Numbered from the stretch's first letter, positions 1 to 10,431 are shown. The stretch: DNA of 64,000 nucleotides from an uncultured bacterium (GCA_963727525.1 CAVSGO010000004.1:22856-86855); one strand, 5' to 3'. Translations and numbers: made by a program. The notes: generated from the sequence alone by a model not told the origin.

Positions 1-11
1 AGGTCGGCCCG

Positions 12-875
12 ATGGAAACCCCCGGTTCCCGCAGCCACCCGCCCTATCCACCGATCCTGGCCGTCTCGGACGGCACCGGCAGCAGTGCCGATCACCTCAT
101 CCGGTCCATGCTCGTGCAGTTCGGCGATCCGGCGATCCCGGTGCTGAAGGTGCCCGGGGTGAGCACCCCCCAGGACGTGGCCAATGCCGTCTCGCTGGCT
201 GCCGACCGCGGCGGCACGATGGTGGTGCACACGATTCTCGATGCCCGGTTGCGCACGGAACTGGTGAACCGGGCTCGTGAGCTCGGGATGCAATGCATCG
301 ATCTCGTGGGCGAGTTGCTCGACGGCCTGGCCCAGCAGCTCGGTCCACCGAGCACGCTGCGTCCGGGACTCTACCGCCGCTTGCACAGCGAGTACTTCCA
401 GCGCGTCGAGGCCATCGACTTCGCCATCAGCCACGACGATGGTCAGAATCCCGAGGCGTTGCCGGATGCCGACATGGTGCTGCTCGGCGTGTCCCGCAGT
501 GGCAAGACGCCGCTGAGCATGTACCTCGCCATGCAGGGCTGGAAGGTGGCGAACGTGCCGCTGGTGGCGGGCATCACGCCACCGAGCCAGCTCGCGCAGG
601 TCGATCCGCGCCGGATGGTAGGGCTGACGATCAGTTCCGAGCTGCTCGTCCATCACCGCGCGTACCGCCAGTCGGCCCTGGGCACGTTTTCCACGCTCTA
701 CACCGATCCGGCGCGCATCTTCCACGAGATCGAGACGGCACGTGTCTACTACAAGCGCATGCGCGTGCCGATCGTGGACGTGACGAACAAGCCCATCGAG
801 TCGAGTGCGCGGGAGGTGGTGAGCGCGATCACGCGCCGCCTGGGACCCGAGAACCTGCCGGGGCAGGAGATCTGA
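12..875 (+). CDS. ppsR: PEP synthase/PPDK regulatory kinase-pyrophosphorylase (DUF299)
   Basis: VSDGTG N-terminus; RVEAIDFAISHDDG; P-loop GVSRSGKTPLSMYLA; VANVPLV; DVTNKPIE. Confidence 0.9.
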   Translation: METPGSRSHPPYPPILAVSDGTGSSADHLIRSMLVQFGDPAIPVLKVPGVSTPQDVANAVSLAADRGGTMVVHTILDARLRTELVNRARELGMQCIDLVGELLDGLAQQLGPPSTLRPGLYRRLHSEYFQRVEAIDFAISHDDGQNPEALPDADMVLLGVSRSGKTPLSMYLAMQGWKVANVPLVAGITPPSQLAQVDPRRMVGLTISSELLVHHRAYRQSALGTFSTLYTDPARIFHEIETARVYYKRMRVPIVDVTNKPIESSAREVVSAITRRLGPENLPGQEI

Positions 876-1501
876 TGGACCCAGGCGCCCTGCTGCCATA
901 CCTCGGTGCCTGCGTGCTGCTCACTCTCGCGCCCGGGCCCGACAACATCTTCGTCATCACACAGGGCCTGGCGCGCGGACGGTGGCTGGCGCTGTGCGCG
1001 GCGTGGGGGATGGTGAGCGGCATCCTCCTGCACACCACGGCCGCGGCCCTTGGCATCTCGGCCGTCTTCGCGGCCAGCAACCTCGCCTTCCACGCCGTGA
1101 AGTATGCCGGCGCTGCGTACCTGCTCCTGCTCGCCTGGCGCACGCTGCGGGAGCGTGGCGTGCTACACGTGGGCGCGGGCGCAACGGCCGCCGGCGCGTT
1201 CGCCCTCTACCGCCGCGGTTTCCTGATGAACGTGCTCAACCCCAAGGTGGCCCTGTTCTTTCTCGCGTTTCTGCCCCAGTTCGTGCGGCCTGGTGCAGGC
1301 TGGCCGGTGTGGTTGCAGATGGCGGCGCTGGGTCTGGTGTTCATGGTGCAGGCGTTCGCACTCTTCAGCCTCATCGCGCTGTTCTCCGGGACGCTCGGCG
1401 AGGTCCTCACGCGCAGCTCGCGCGTGCAACGGATCTTCGGTTGGCTCACGGCCGCCGTATTCATCGGTCTGGCCCTGCACCTGGCGCTGGCCGGGCGTTG
1501 A
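875..1501 (+). CDS. LysE/RhtB family translocator
   Basis: ATG overlaps upstream TGA; LAPGPDN, KYAGAAYL, NVLNPKVALFFLAFLPQF motifs; hydrophobic. Confidence 0.92.
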   Translation: MDPGALLPYLGACVLLTLAPGPDNIFVITQGLARGRWLALCAAWGMVSGILLHTTAAALGISAVFAASNLAFHAVKYAGAAYLLLLAWRTLRERGVLHVGAGATAAGAFALYRRGFLMNVLNPKVALFFLAFLPQFVRPGAGWPVWLQMAALGLVFMVQAFALFSLIALFSGTLGEVLTRSSRVQRIFGWLTAAVFIGLALHLALAGR

Positions 1502-1583
1502 CGCACTGGCCGGGCAGTGAGGACCATGGTATCGTGATCTGCATACCGAACGGCTCTATTCACGCTCGACAGGAGTGTTTGCC

Positions 1584-2402
1584 ATGCCGGCCAAGGTGCC
1601 CGGCCGCCGCCACGCGGTCCTTGCCCTCGCCCTCGTCCTGATCATCCTCGTCGCAGCCTGCGCCACGGTGCCTGTCACCGGCCGCAAGCAGCTCAACCTC
1701 GTGCCGTCGGGACAGATGCTCTCGATGAGCGGTCAGGAATACGACCAGTTCCTGTCCGAACACCCGCTGAGCCAGGACGCCGGGGCCACCGCGATGATCA
1801 ATCGAGTGGGCGCCCGCATCCAGGGCGCCGTGGAGAAGTACTTTCGCGACAACGGCATGTCAGACCGTCTCGATGGCTATCAGTGGGAGTTCAACCTGGT
1901 CCAGAGCGACGAGGTGAACGCCTGGTGCATGCCCGGTGGCAAGGTCGTGTTCTACACCGGGATCTTGCCGGTCTGCAAGGACGACACGGGTGTGGCGGTG
2001 GTCATGGGCCATGAGGTCGCCCATGCCGTGGCCCAGCACGGCAACGAGCGTATGAGTCAGGGGCTCCTGGCGCAGTTCGGGGGGATGGCGCTCGATCAGG
2101 CGCTCTCCAGCAAGCCGGAGCAGACGCGGCAGCTCGCCATGACCGCGTTCGCCGTGGGCGCCCAGTACGGCGCTCTGCTGCCGTACAGCCGTCTGCAGGA
2201 GAGCGAGGCCGATCACCTGGGTCTCATCTTCATGGCGATGGCCGGATACGATCCTCACGCGGCGGCGGATTTCTGGCAGCGCATGTCGTCCCAGGGTGGC
2301 GGGGCGCCGCCGGAGTTCATGAGCACGCACCCCTCGGACGAGTCGCGTATTCGCAAGATCCAGGAGGAGCTGCCGGAGGCGTTGCAGTACTACCGGCCGT
2401 GA
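1584..2402 (+). CDS. M48 family zinc metallopeptidase, lipoprotein
   Basis: RBS AGGAG; lipobox VAAC; VNAWCMPGGK, HEVAH, YSRLQESEAD, FMSTHP. Confidence 0.92.
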   Translation: MPAKVPGRRHAVLALALVLIILVAACATVPVTGRKQLNLVPSGQMLSMSGQEYDQFLSEHPLSQDAGATAMINRVGARIQGAVEKYFRDNGMSDRLDGYQWEFNLVQSDEVNAWCMPGGKVVFYTGILPVCKDDTGVAVVMGHEVAHAVAQHGNERMSQGLLAQFGGMALDQALSSKPEQTRQLAMTAFAVGAQYGALLPYSRLQESEADHLGLIFMAMAGYDPHAAADFWQRMSSQGGGAPPEFMSTHPSDESRIRKIQEELPEALQYYRP

Positions 2403-2414
2403 TCGGCCGCCGGG

Positions 2415-3257
2415 CTACTGGTCGCCGCCCGGGGCCCGGACGATGCCGCTGTCGTGCATCATCTGCAGCTTCATGCGCTCGTCCGGGCCGATCGGCATCA
2501 CCTGGGGCGCGCTGCCGTCGCTGAAGAGCATGAGCTTGCGATCCGTCGGAATCTCGACGGGGTCGTCGCCGGATCGGGGCGTCACGTTCACGGCGCCGTC
2601 CCAGAGGCAGAAGCAGGAACCGCCGGGTACGCACATCACGGCGAAGGTGGTGCCGGTGATCGTGCCGGATCCTTCGGCCGTCTCGAGGTGCATCGTGAAG
2701 CCGAGCGGCTGGCCACCGGTGGTGCCGTAGATCTCGCCCGCAGCCACGCGAAGCGTGCGATCGTGGCCGAACCAGCGTCCAGGCGGCGGCGGCAGGGTGA
2801 TGCGGCTGCTGGGGCGCATGCGAAGGCGTAGCGTCTCGCCGAGCTGGAACTCGAACTCCGTGTCGGCGGGTGTGGTGAGAGTACCGGCGGCGATGACGGA
2901 ACCCGGCGCGGGTAGCGTGACGCCATCCGGCGCCGCCACGTCGGTGACGACCCAGCGGCTCACCGGTTGGTGGCCATACCACAGCAGTCCAATCGCGGCC
3001 GCGGCGATCACCGCGGCAAGCGGCCACACGCGCTGGCTCCAGGACCGGCTCCGCGGCGGCACCTTCACCGCACCGCGCGGCGTGGCCGGTGCCGTCTCCT
3101 GCGCCGGGTCGACGCCGGACAGGAACGCGCGACGCGCCCGCTCGCGGGCGCCGGCGGGCGCCTCGGGAAGCGGGAGGCGAGCGAGCGCCGCGAGGGCCTG
3201 CTGGCTCTCGGCGGACATGGGCTCGTCGGGCCTCTTGATGTCGTCGCGTTCGTTCAT
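2415..3257 (-). CDS. Putative anti-sigma factor with single TM helix and FecR-like domain
   Basis: Overlaps ECF gene by 4 bp; TM VWPLAAVIAAAAIGLLWY; FecR-like ETAEGSGTITGTTFAV...LWDGAVNV. Confidence 0.7.
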   Translation of the reverse strand: MNERDDIKRPDEPMSAESQQALAALARLPLPEAPAGARERARRAFLSGVDPAQETAPATPRGAVKVPPRSRSWSQRVWPLAAVIAAAAIGLLWYGHQPVSRWVVTDVAAPDGVTLPAPGSVIAAGTLTTPADTEFEFQLGETLRLRMRPSSRITLPPPPGRWFGHDRTLRVAAGEIYGTTGGQPLGFTMHLETAEGSGTITGTTFAVMCVPGGSCFCLWDGAVNVTPRSGDDPVEIPTDRKLMLFSDGSAPQVMPIGPDERMKLQMMHDSGIVRAPGGDQ

Positions 3258-3865
3258 TGCTGGTCTCTGGTTTCGGTCAGCCGGGCCTTGTATACCTGTC
3301 CGAGGCGAGCCACCGCCCGGCTGTGGCGTTGCCTCACGTTGTCCGGTTTCAGCTGGAGAAGGTCTGCGATCGCGGCCGTGTCAAGCTCCTGATAGTTGCG
3401 CAGCAGAATGATCTCCTGGTCGTCGTTGGCGAGGCTGGCCAGGGCCTCGCGTACCGCCTGGCACTCGGCTTCCTTCTCGAGCTTCTCGTCGACACGCTGC
3501 TTGCCGTCGGTAAGTGGCAACTCCTCCGGCTGGGCGGCGTCGCGGCGTACGGTCTCGCTCTTGTGTGTGCCCGAGCGCCAGAAATCGCGGACGGTGTTGA
3601 CGGCGATCGTGAACACCCATCCGGTCGGGTCGCGCCCGGAATCCAGCCGGTGGAGATTGCGGTGGATCCGCAGAAAGGTGTCCTGGGTGAGGTCGGCCGC
3701 GAGATTGGGATCGTGCACCAGGTGGCAGAGGTAGCCGAAGATGCGATTGTAGAAATAGTCGAAGAATCCGTTCATCGCCTCGGTCTGACGACGCTTCACC
3801 GCGTCCAGGAACTCCGCCTCGAAGGGTGAGTCCTTGGGATCTTCGCGAGATTGTGAACGCGTCAT
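3254..3865 (-). CDS. ECF RNA polymerase sigma factor
   Basis: Region 2 AADLTQDTFLRI...WVFTIAVN; region 4 IILLRNYQEL...IADLLQLKPDNVRQRHSRA. Confidence 0.9.
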   Translation of the reverse strand: MTRSQSREDPKDSPFEAEFLDAVKRRQTEAMNGFFDYFYNRIFGYLCHLVHDPNLAADLTQDTFLRIHRNLHRLDSGRDPTGWVFTIAVNTVRDFWRSGTHKSETVRRDAAQPEELPLTDGKQRVDEKLEKEAECQAVREALASLANDDQEIILLRNYQELDTAAIADLLQLKPDNVRQRHSRAVARLGQVYKARLTETRDQQ

Positions 3866-4081
3866 CGACGACCACCGGCGCGGATTCTGGAAAGGAGAAT
3901 CTCCGCGTCATGGTACTGGATTTTCGTAAAATCGCGTACATGAAATTCTCGTCTTCCGGTGGTTTCCCGTCCCAATGCGTTCTGTGCGAGGTACTGTCGC
4001 CATCCTTCCCGCGTGACACGACCGACCGCGACGCCCCTCTGATCGTGGGTGCGCCCGGTGTGTCTTGATCGTGTAAAATGA

Positions 4082-4101
4082 ATATAAACAATAGTTTATA
4101 T
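4082..4101. promoter_or_regulatory. AT-rich perfect palindrome, putative operator in divergent intergenic region
   Basis: ATATAAAC-AATA-GTTTATAT in a high-GC background. Confidence 0.45.
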
Positions 4102-4496
4102 GAATTGCCCTGCCAGGTTCTGCGGCCCGAAATTTTTTGAGAAACGTGAGGGCGAACCAATCATTGGGGTCGATGAGCGGGCCCCGCGGCGTCGCGCGTC
4201 TCTCGATGATGTATGTCCTCGACGTCAGCGTCGGCTTCGCCGTAGCCGGCACACTGCAACGGCGATCCCACGCGGCTTCCTGACCGACGCGGGACCGTGA
4301 TCGCCGGTCCTGCGGCGTGGTGCCGTCCCATGGGGAGAAATTTTAAAACCTATTCTCGCGGTATGTTTTTTGGTAGGATGATTCTGGTGCTGCATTATCG
4401 AAGACCGCGCTCGTTTTCATCGCGTCGATCGGCGCGGCCGCGATTGCACCGGGCAGTGTCGATCCGGTCGGTGGATGGACCAGGAGGTCGATCGCG

Positions 4497-6251
4497 ATGC
4501 TCGGACCCCGGAATTCGACCGCAGACGCATCCGCGGATCTCTTCCAGATCGTCGCGGCCCTCGAGCGGAGGGTGACGGCACTCGAGGCCCGTCTGGCGGC
4601 CTCCGCGGTCGGCGATCCGGTACTGCCCGACGTGGAGCCCGACTCCGGCGACCCATCCGTCGTTCCCGTCCCCGCGGCAGGCCCGCGTCTGCCGGCCATG
4701 GGCCGGGCCGTCCTCGTCGTGGCTGGCGCTTTCTTGTTGCGCGCCCTCACCGACACCCAGGTGCTTACTGGCACCGTCGGTGTCGCCCTGGGGCTCGCCT
4801 ATGCGGTCCTCATCATCATCCTCGCCAACCGGCAAGCGCGCGCGGGGCAGCGCGCCGAGGCGGGGCTGTCGAGCTTGGCCGCGGTCATCGTCGTCTATCC
4901 GCTCCTGTGGGAAACGTCAACCAGGCTCGGCTTCTTGCCGCCCCATGCTGCCGCTGCCGCACTCGTGGGCGTGACGGGATTCGGATTGATCGTGACGATT
5001 CGCCACGACCTTTACGCGGTCGCGTGGGTCTTTGTCGCGGCTGCCCTGATCACGACCGCCGGTTTGTGCTGGCTGAGCGCGATTCCCGAGCTTTTTGGCG
5101 GCGCCGCGGTGGTTCTGGGTATCGGAACGCTCTGGATCGCCTACTTGCGGGGCTGGTGTGGTCCGCGCTGGCCGGCCGCGGCCCTGGCGAACCTGCTCGT
5201 GCTGCTGCTCGCATTCCTGGCGATCAACGAGGGCGATCCGGCGCCGGGGCGGCCGGTGCCGGTCGCCGGGGCGACTCTGGTCCTCGCCTTCGCGCTGCCG
5301 ACCAGCTACCTCGCGAGCTTCTTCGCTCGGGCTTTGCAGCGACGCCACGCTGCCAGCGCTTTCGAGATCCTGCAGACGCTTGGCTGTGTCCTGGTCGGCG
5401 TCCTCGGTGCCGTGGTTGTCTTGCGCTCGCGCGGCCATAGTCTCGTGGGTATGGGCGCGATAGCGACCGTGGTCGGAGCAACCAGCTACGCGCTCGCGTT
5501 CGCGTTCGTGCGCCGCAAGCACGGACGCGGCCTGAACTTCTTCTACTTCGCCTGGCTCGGCTGCGTCCTCACGCTGATTGGCACGGCATTCGTCATGCCG
5601 GCCGCAGCGATTCCCTATCTCTGGGGTGTCCTCGGTCTCGCCGCCGCGTCGACCGGGGGCGTATTCGACCGCTGGACGTTGCGCCTGCACGGGGCCGCGT
5701 ATCTGCTCGGAGCCGCCGCGTATACGGGTCTGCCGGTCGTGGCCGCGAACACGTTCCTCGCGCCGGTCGGCCAGACCTGGCACCACCTGCACGTCTCGGG
5801 TCTCGTCGTGTGGCTGCTTGCCGCCGTCGGCTACGGCGTCCTCGCTTTCACGCAACGCGGCTGCGAGCTACGGACGTGGGAACGTCTGCCACGTGCCCTG
5901 CTCGCCTTGCTCGCTCTCGTGGGCGCCGGCAGTGTGCTCGTCGTCGCACTGGTCAACGGCATGCAAGGTGCGGTACCCGGCCAAGGCCCGGCGATGGTCG
6001 CCGCGGTTCGCACTGGCGTCATCACGGCCAGCGCCATCGCCCTGGCAGCCGTGTCGCGCGGAGCGAACCTCCCGGAGCTGGCATGGTTCGTCAATCCCCT
6101 GCTGATCGTGGCCGGTGTGAAGCTCCTGGCGGAAGACCTGCGGCGCGGCACGCCGGTATCCTTGTGTGTCGCGTTCGGCTGCTTCGGGCTTGCCCTGATC
6201 CTGAGTCCCCGCCTGCGGTGGCGCCGTGTCTCGCATGGCGACGATCGTTGA
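4497..6251 (+). CDS. Polytopic membrane protein (DUF2339-like)
   Basis: RBS AGGAGG; short N-terminal coiled coil (LERRVTALEARL) then many TM helices; GRAVLVVAGAFLLRALTD. Confidence 0.6.
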   Translation: MLGPRNSTADASADLFQIVAALERRVTALEARLAASAVGDPVLPDVEPDSGDPSVVPVPAAGPRLPAMGRAVLVVAGAFLLRALTDTQVLTGTVGVALGLAYAVLIIILANRQARAGQRAEAGLSSLAAVIVVYPLLWETSTRLGFLPPHAAAAALVGVTGFGLIVTIRHDLYAVAWVFVAAALITTAGLCWLSAIPELFGGAAVVLGIGTLWIAYLRGWCGPRWPAAALANLLVLLLAFLAINEGDPAPGRPVPVAGATLVLAFALPTSYLASFFARALQRRHAASAFEILQTLGCVLVGVLGAVVVLRSRGHSLVGMGAIATVVGATSYALAFAFVRRKHGRGLNFFYFAWLGCVLTLIGTAFVMPAAAIPYLWGVLGLAAASTGGVFDRWTLRLHGAAYLLGAAAYTGLPVVAANTFLAPVGQTWHHLHVSGLVVWLLAAVGYGVLAFTQRGCELRTWERLPRALLALLALVGAGSVLVVALVNGMQGAVPGQGPAMVAAVRTGVITASAIALAAVSRGANLPELAWFVNPLLIVAGVKLLAEDLRRGTPVSLCVAFGCFGLALILSPRLRWRRVSHGDDR

Positions 6252-6284
6252 CCGGCCGTGGGCGGGGTCGCTGGGCAGAAGAGA

Positions 6285-6311
6285 GGGGCCGGAACCCGAG
6301 GTCCCGGCCCC
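6285..6311 (-). terminator. GC hairpin between convergent genes
   Basis: GGGGCCGG...CCGGCCCC followed on the minus strand by TCTCTTCT. Confidence 0.5.
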
Positions 6312-6339
6312 AGCGACGATTTACGTCGTCAGTATGACA

Positions 6340-9300
6340 TCATTTGACGACCGTCATCTTGCGGGTAGCGGTGAAGTCGGACGCTTCGACGCGATAGAGA
6401 TACACGCCAGAGTGGACGCGTCGACCGGAGTCGTCGAGGCCGTCCCAGACGACCGCGTGGCTGCCGGCCTGCAGCGACTCGTCCACGAGGGTGCGTACGA
6501 GGTGGCCGCGTCCGTCATACACGTGCAGGCGCACCGGGCTGGCCACCGGAAGATCGAAGCTGATGGTGGTCATCGGGTTGAAGGGGTTGGGGTGGTTCTG
6601 CCCCAGCGCGAAGACCTGCGGCAGATCCACCTTCTCCGCGCCGGACGACGCGAGGGCGAGGCCGCCTGAGATCGTCAGCGTGTAGCTGCTGGTGGCGCCG
6701 AGATAGCCGTCCACGCGCAGGTAGTAGCGGCCCACCGACGCATTGTAGCTCCCCGCCTCGGGGTTGTTGACGGTGTAGCCGCGCGCGACCTGGGTGCCGC
6801 TCGCGTTGTAGAGGTACCAGTCGAGATCGGCGGAGCTGCCGATCGCGAGGCTGATGTTCACATTGCCGGCCGAGGTGACGTCGAAATAGAAGTAATCGTC
6901 GTCGGAACTCGAGGTGAGCACACCCGAGACGGGCGTGCCGGTGCCGACGGGGCCGTTGGCTTCGCTGATGCTGCCGTTGGGCTCCGTCTCCGCCGTGATC
7001 GCTGAGCCGCCGCCACCACCGCCGCCGCCCTCGGCCACGCCGATGTCGTCGAAGGCGAAACCGTCGGTCGTGATGGGGTAGTTGTCATACTGCTGGAACT
7101 TCACCACGAAGGTGGACGATAGCGTCAACCCGTTGGCGCTGGCCAGCGCGTCGACGTCGAGGGTGAACTGATTCCAGGTGTTGTTGGTATAGCTGCCGCC
7201 GTTGAGGTTCTGCACCTTCACGAACGACGCGCCGCCGTTGCTCGAGAAGTACACGCCATCCTGCGAGTGAGTCTCGTCACCGAACTCCTTCCACCAGAAC
7301 GTCAGGTCCACCTGAGTCTGACCGGCGAGGTTCAGATGCAGCCAGGCCTCGTTCTGCACGTAGGTGCCGCTCGTGGCACTGTCCATGACCAGGTGGTACG
7401 ACCCGGTGTGGGGTGTGTTGCTCGTAAGCAGACGGATGCGGCCGCTGCTGTTGGTCGACTGGCTGGTCCAGTACTGGTCGAAGCTGCCGCCCTCGAAGCC
7501 CGTGCTGTACGGAAGGGTGGCGTAGCCGCCCGTCTGGGGCACGTCGATGGTGAAGTTGGCGTTGCTCGTATCCTGCGCCGAGCCGCCGGTGATGCGCACG
7601 CGGCCCTGGGAAGTGGCGGTCGACGGCACCGTCCAGGTGTACGCGCCGTCGTCGGCGGTCGAGGATGTGATTGCCGTCCAGCTCGAGCCCCCGTTGGTGG
7701 AGTAGTCGATCGCCACCGTGGTGAACGAGCCCTGCGACGTCCACGTGATGTTGGTGCTGTCGCCGGCGGTGAGCGTCTCGCCGCCGTTGGGGTACGTCAC
7801 GGTCACCGTGTCCGGCGGCGGCGTGGCGTCGCCGACGCTGATGTCGTCGAAGGCGAAACCATCGGTGGTGATGGGGTAGTTGTCGTACTGCTGGAACTTC
7901 ACCACGAAGGTGGACGACAGCGTCAACCCGTTGGCGCTGGCCAGTGCGTCGACGTCGAGGGTGAACAGATTCCAGGTGTTGTTGGTATAGCTGCCACCAT
8001 TGAGGTTCTGCACCTTCACGAACGACGCGCCGCCGTTGCTCGAGAAGTACACGCCGTCCTGGCTATGCGTCTCGTCACCGAATTCCTTCCACCAGAACGC
8101 CAGGTCCACCTGGCTGTGGCCCGACAGGTCGAGGTGCAGCCAGCCCTCGTTCTGGACGTAGGTGCCGCTGGAGGAGCTGTCCATCACCAGCTGATAGGAA
8201 CCCGCGTGGGGCGTGTTCGTACTCAATACGCGGACGCGGCCGCTGCTGTTCGACGACGCGGTGGTCCAGTACTGGTCCAGGGCGCCCGACTCGAAACCGG
8301 TGGCGTACGGCAGGCTGGCGTAGTCGCCGCCGGACGGCACGGTGATCGTGAAGTTGCTGTTGCTCTGATCCTGCGCCGTACCGCCCGTGACGCGCACGCG
8401 GCCCTGCGTGGTGGCGCTGGTGGGCACGGTCCAGGTGTAGCTGCCGTCGTTCGTCGTGGAAGTGGTGATCGTGGTCCAGGTGGACCCGCCGTTGAGCGAG
8501 TAGGCGAGCGCCACCGTGGTGAACGAGCCGGTCCAGGTCCACGTGATGTTGGCCGCGCTGCCGGCCGCGAGGGTCTCGCCGCCGTTGGGATAGGTGACGG
8601 TGACGGCATCCGTCGGCGTGCCACCGCCGCCCACGGCCGCGGCGGCGTCGACCATGCCGTAGCCCGCGTAGCGATCCCAGCCGCTGCCCGACTCGACGCT
8701 GGTCACGTCCTGCGCCGTGGTCACCAGCTTGTCACGCACCTGCGCCGGCGTATACGAGGGGAATGCCGACTTGATCAACGCGCACACGCCCGCCGCGTAC
8801 GGCGTGGCGCACGACGTGCCGTTGAACCACATCGAGTAGTCGCTGGGGTCGTAGCCCGCCGAGCCCAGGAGGTCCGTGGTGGGCAGAATGGTGGGCGCGA
8901 TCACGTCGACGGCGCCGGCCGCATTGGCCGTGTTGACGCCGTAGTTCGAGCCCCACCAGCGCTCGCCGTCGCAGGTGTAGCCGTTGGGGTCGGCATTCAC
9001 GCCCGGGTTCAACTCGCTGGTGTTGCTGCTCGAACGCTTGCGCTCGCCGCACGGCGAGGCGGCGCCCACCCCGATGACGTTGGCGTTGATCGCGGGATAA
9101 CTGATCGTGCTGGCGTTCTCGTTGCCCGTGGCCGCGAGGATCGTGCAGCCGGCGTTGTGGGCATAGAGGATGGCCGTGTCGGTGGCCGAGTCGCTGCTGA
9201 TCGCGGCGCCCAGGCTCATGCTGATGATGTCGGCGCCGTTGTCCGCCGCATAGTACAGCGCGTTCTGGATCGCCGAGAAGTACATCGAGCCGGCACTGTT

Positions 9301-10176
9301 GGCGGCCTTGAGCGGCATGATGCTGCAACCGGCGGCGATGCCCGCCGTGCCCAGGGAGTTGGTCATGGCTGCGGCGACGCCGGCGCAGGCCGTGCCGTGG
9401 CCGGGGCTCGACGAGTTGTCGTCGGGATTGCTGTCATTGTCGCCGAAGTCGTAGCCGGTTACCTGACGCAGGTCGGGATGCCCGGCTTCGACACCGCTGT
9501 CGATGATCGCGATAATCACGCCGGCGCTCCCGTAACCCTGCGCGGCGTCCCAGGCGGCCTGGGCGTTGGCATCGAAGCCCACCGTGCCCACGGGCGACCC
9601 GTTCTCATGGCTGTACGTGGCCCAGTCGTAGGACAGGAGCTGCGCCGTGTTGTTGTGCCCCCAGTGCAACGGGTGCAAGGGGTCCGGTGGTACGGCAGCA
9701 GGGAAGGCGAGCCAGTCGACCGTGGCTTCCTCCACGTTGGCGTTGCGGGCGAATTCCCGCGCCGCCTGCAAGGGATCCTGCCGGCCGTCGGTCTCGAGGA
9801 GGTACCAGCGGTTGATGCCCAGCTCGTTGGCGACCTCCATCTGCTTGACGGCGATCCATGGCCGCAAGATGGCCGTGACGCCGGCCGCGTTGCACAGCGC
9901 ATCCACCGAGGCGATGCCAGTACGCGCGTCACTCACCGAGGCGCCCTTTTCCATGGCGATGTCGAGATGGGTGTCGGTCGGGATGTCGGACCGGAACTTA
10001 ATCAGGATGCGCGACGGGTGGTAGGGGAGCACCTCGTCCGCGCTCTTGACGAAACCATTCTGCACGGGCGCGAACGGACGCGGACTCATCGCGTCGGGTG
10101 TCGCCGCGAACGCGGTGGCCGCGATCAGGAGCACGAGGGCGCTCGTGACGGCCATGAATTGATGTCGATTCGACAT
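6340..10176 (-). CDS. Secreted S8 subtilisin-like serine protease with duplicated Ig-like/beta-sandwich modules, PPC domain and FlgD-Ig/T9SS-like C-terminal domain
   Basis: RBS AAGGAG; signal peptide; triad IAIIDSG, GHGTACAG, NGTSCATP; two VTVTYPNGGETL repeats; ETEPNG PPC; QNHPNPFNP...RKMTVVK. Confidence 0.92.
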   Translation of the reverse strand: MSNRHQFMAVTSALVLLIAATAFAATPDAMSPRPFAPVQNGFVKSADEVLPYHPSRILIKFRSDIPTDTHLDIAMEKGASVSDARTGIASVDALCNAAGVTAILRPWIAVKQMEVANELGINRWYLLETDGRQDPLQAAREFARNANVEEATVDWLAFPAAVPPDPLHPLHWGHNNTAQLLSYDWATYSHENGSPVGTVGFDANAQAAWDAAQGYGSAGVIIAIIDSGVEAGHPDLRQVTGYDFGDNDSNPDDNSSSPGHGTACAGVAAAMTNSLGTAGIAAGCSIMPLKAANSAGSMYFSAIQNALYYAADNGADIISMSLGAAISSDSATDTAILYAHNAGCTILAATGNENASTISYPAINANVIGVGAASPCGERKRSSSNTSELNPGVNADPNGYTCDGERWWGSNYGVNTANAAGAVDVIAPTILPTTDLLGSAGYDPSDYSMWFNGTSCATPYAAGVCALIKSAFPSYTPAQVRDKLVTTAQDVTSVESGSGWDRYAGYGMVDAAAAVGGGGTPTDAVTVTYPNGGETLAAGSAANITWTWTGSFTTVALAYSLNGGSTWTTITTSTTNDGSYTWTVPTSATTQGRVRVTGGTAQDQSNSNFTITVPSGGDYASLPYATGFESGALDQYWTTASSNSSGRVRVLSTNTPHAGSYQLVMDSSSSGTYVQNEGWLHLDLSGHSQVDLAFWWKEFGDETHSQDGVYFSSNGGASFVKVQNLNGGSYTNNTWNLFTLDVDALASANGLTLSSTFVVKFQQYDNYPITTDGFAFDDISVGDATPPPDTVTVTYPNGGETLTAGDSTNITWTSQGSFTTVAIDYSTNGGSSWTAITSSTADDGAYTWTVPSTATSQGRVRITGGSAQDTSNANFTIDVPQTGGYATLPYSTGFEGGSFDQYWTSQSTNSSGRIRLLTSNTPHTGSYHLVMDSATSGTYVQNEAWLHLNLAGQTQVDLTFWWKEFGDETHSQDGVYFSSNGGASFVKVQNLNGGSYTNNTWNQFTLDVDALASANGLTLSSTFVVKFQQYDNYPITTDGFAFDDIGVAEGGGGGGGGSAITAETEPNGSISEANGPVGTGTPVSGVLTSSSDDDYFYFDVTSAGNVNISLAIGSSADLDWYLYNASGTQVARGYTVNNPEAGSYNASVGRYYLRVDGYLGATSSYTLTISGGLALASSGAEKVDLPQVFALGQNHPNPFNPMTTISFDLPVASPVRLHVYDGRGHLVRTLVDESLQAGSHAVVWDGLDDSGRRVHSGVYLYRVEASDFTATRKMTVVK
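7040..8612 (-). repeat. Intragenic tandem duplication (two ~260-aa modules) in the S8 protease
   Basis: Near-identical segments FWWKEFGDETHSQDGVYFSSNGGASFVKVQNLNGGSYTNNTW...FQQYDNYPITTDGFAFDDI occur twice; boundaries approximate. Confidence 0.9.
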
Positions 10177-10431
10177 GATCACTCCTTCGCAGGGGTCCAG
10201 AAGTCGTGGGGGAACGACGGACCTGGCCGGTCACCTGTCCGCCTGCGGGGCGCAGATGCCGGCCAGTGCGATGTTACGGACACCTCCCGCACTGGGGTCG
10301 CTGGCAGCCGGATCGACGCAGGGTAGGTAGGCTCCCTCGTCGCCGCGGATATCCGCCGAGTGTACCGAATCCGTACAGGAAACTGCAAAAGAAATGTTCT
10401 GATTATTCATGAGGCTGGCGAACGCCGAGAC

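Noticed and set aside
293-874. N-terminal extensions in the ORF track (LysE 293, pstA 12644, nucleotidase 15978, cheD 26539, HDOD 27528, pstA 48438, pstB 51176) suggesting fusions
   Set aside because: The extensions overlap neighbouring real genes in other frames; true starts are downstream with an RBS or stop/start overlap.
7267-10326. 1019-aa plus-strand ORF
   Set aside because: Antisense shadow of the S8 protease gene, caused by high-GC codon bias; no recognisable motifs.
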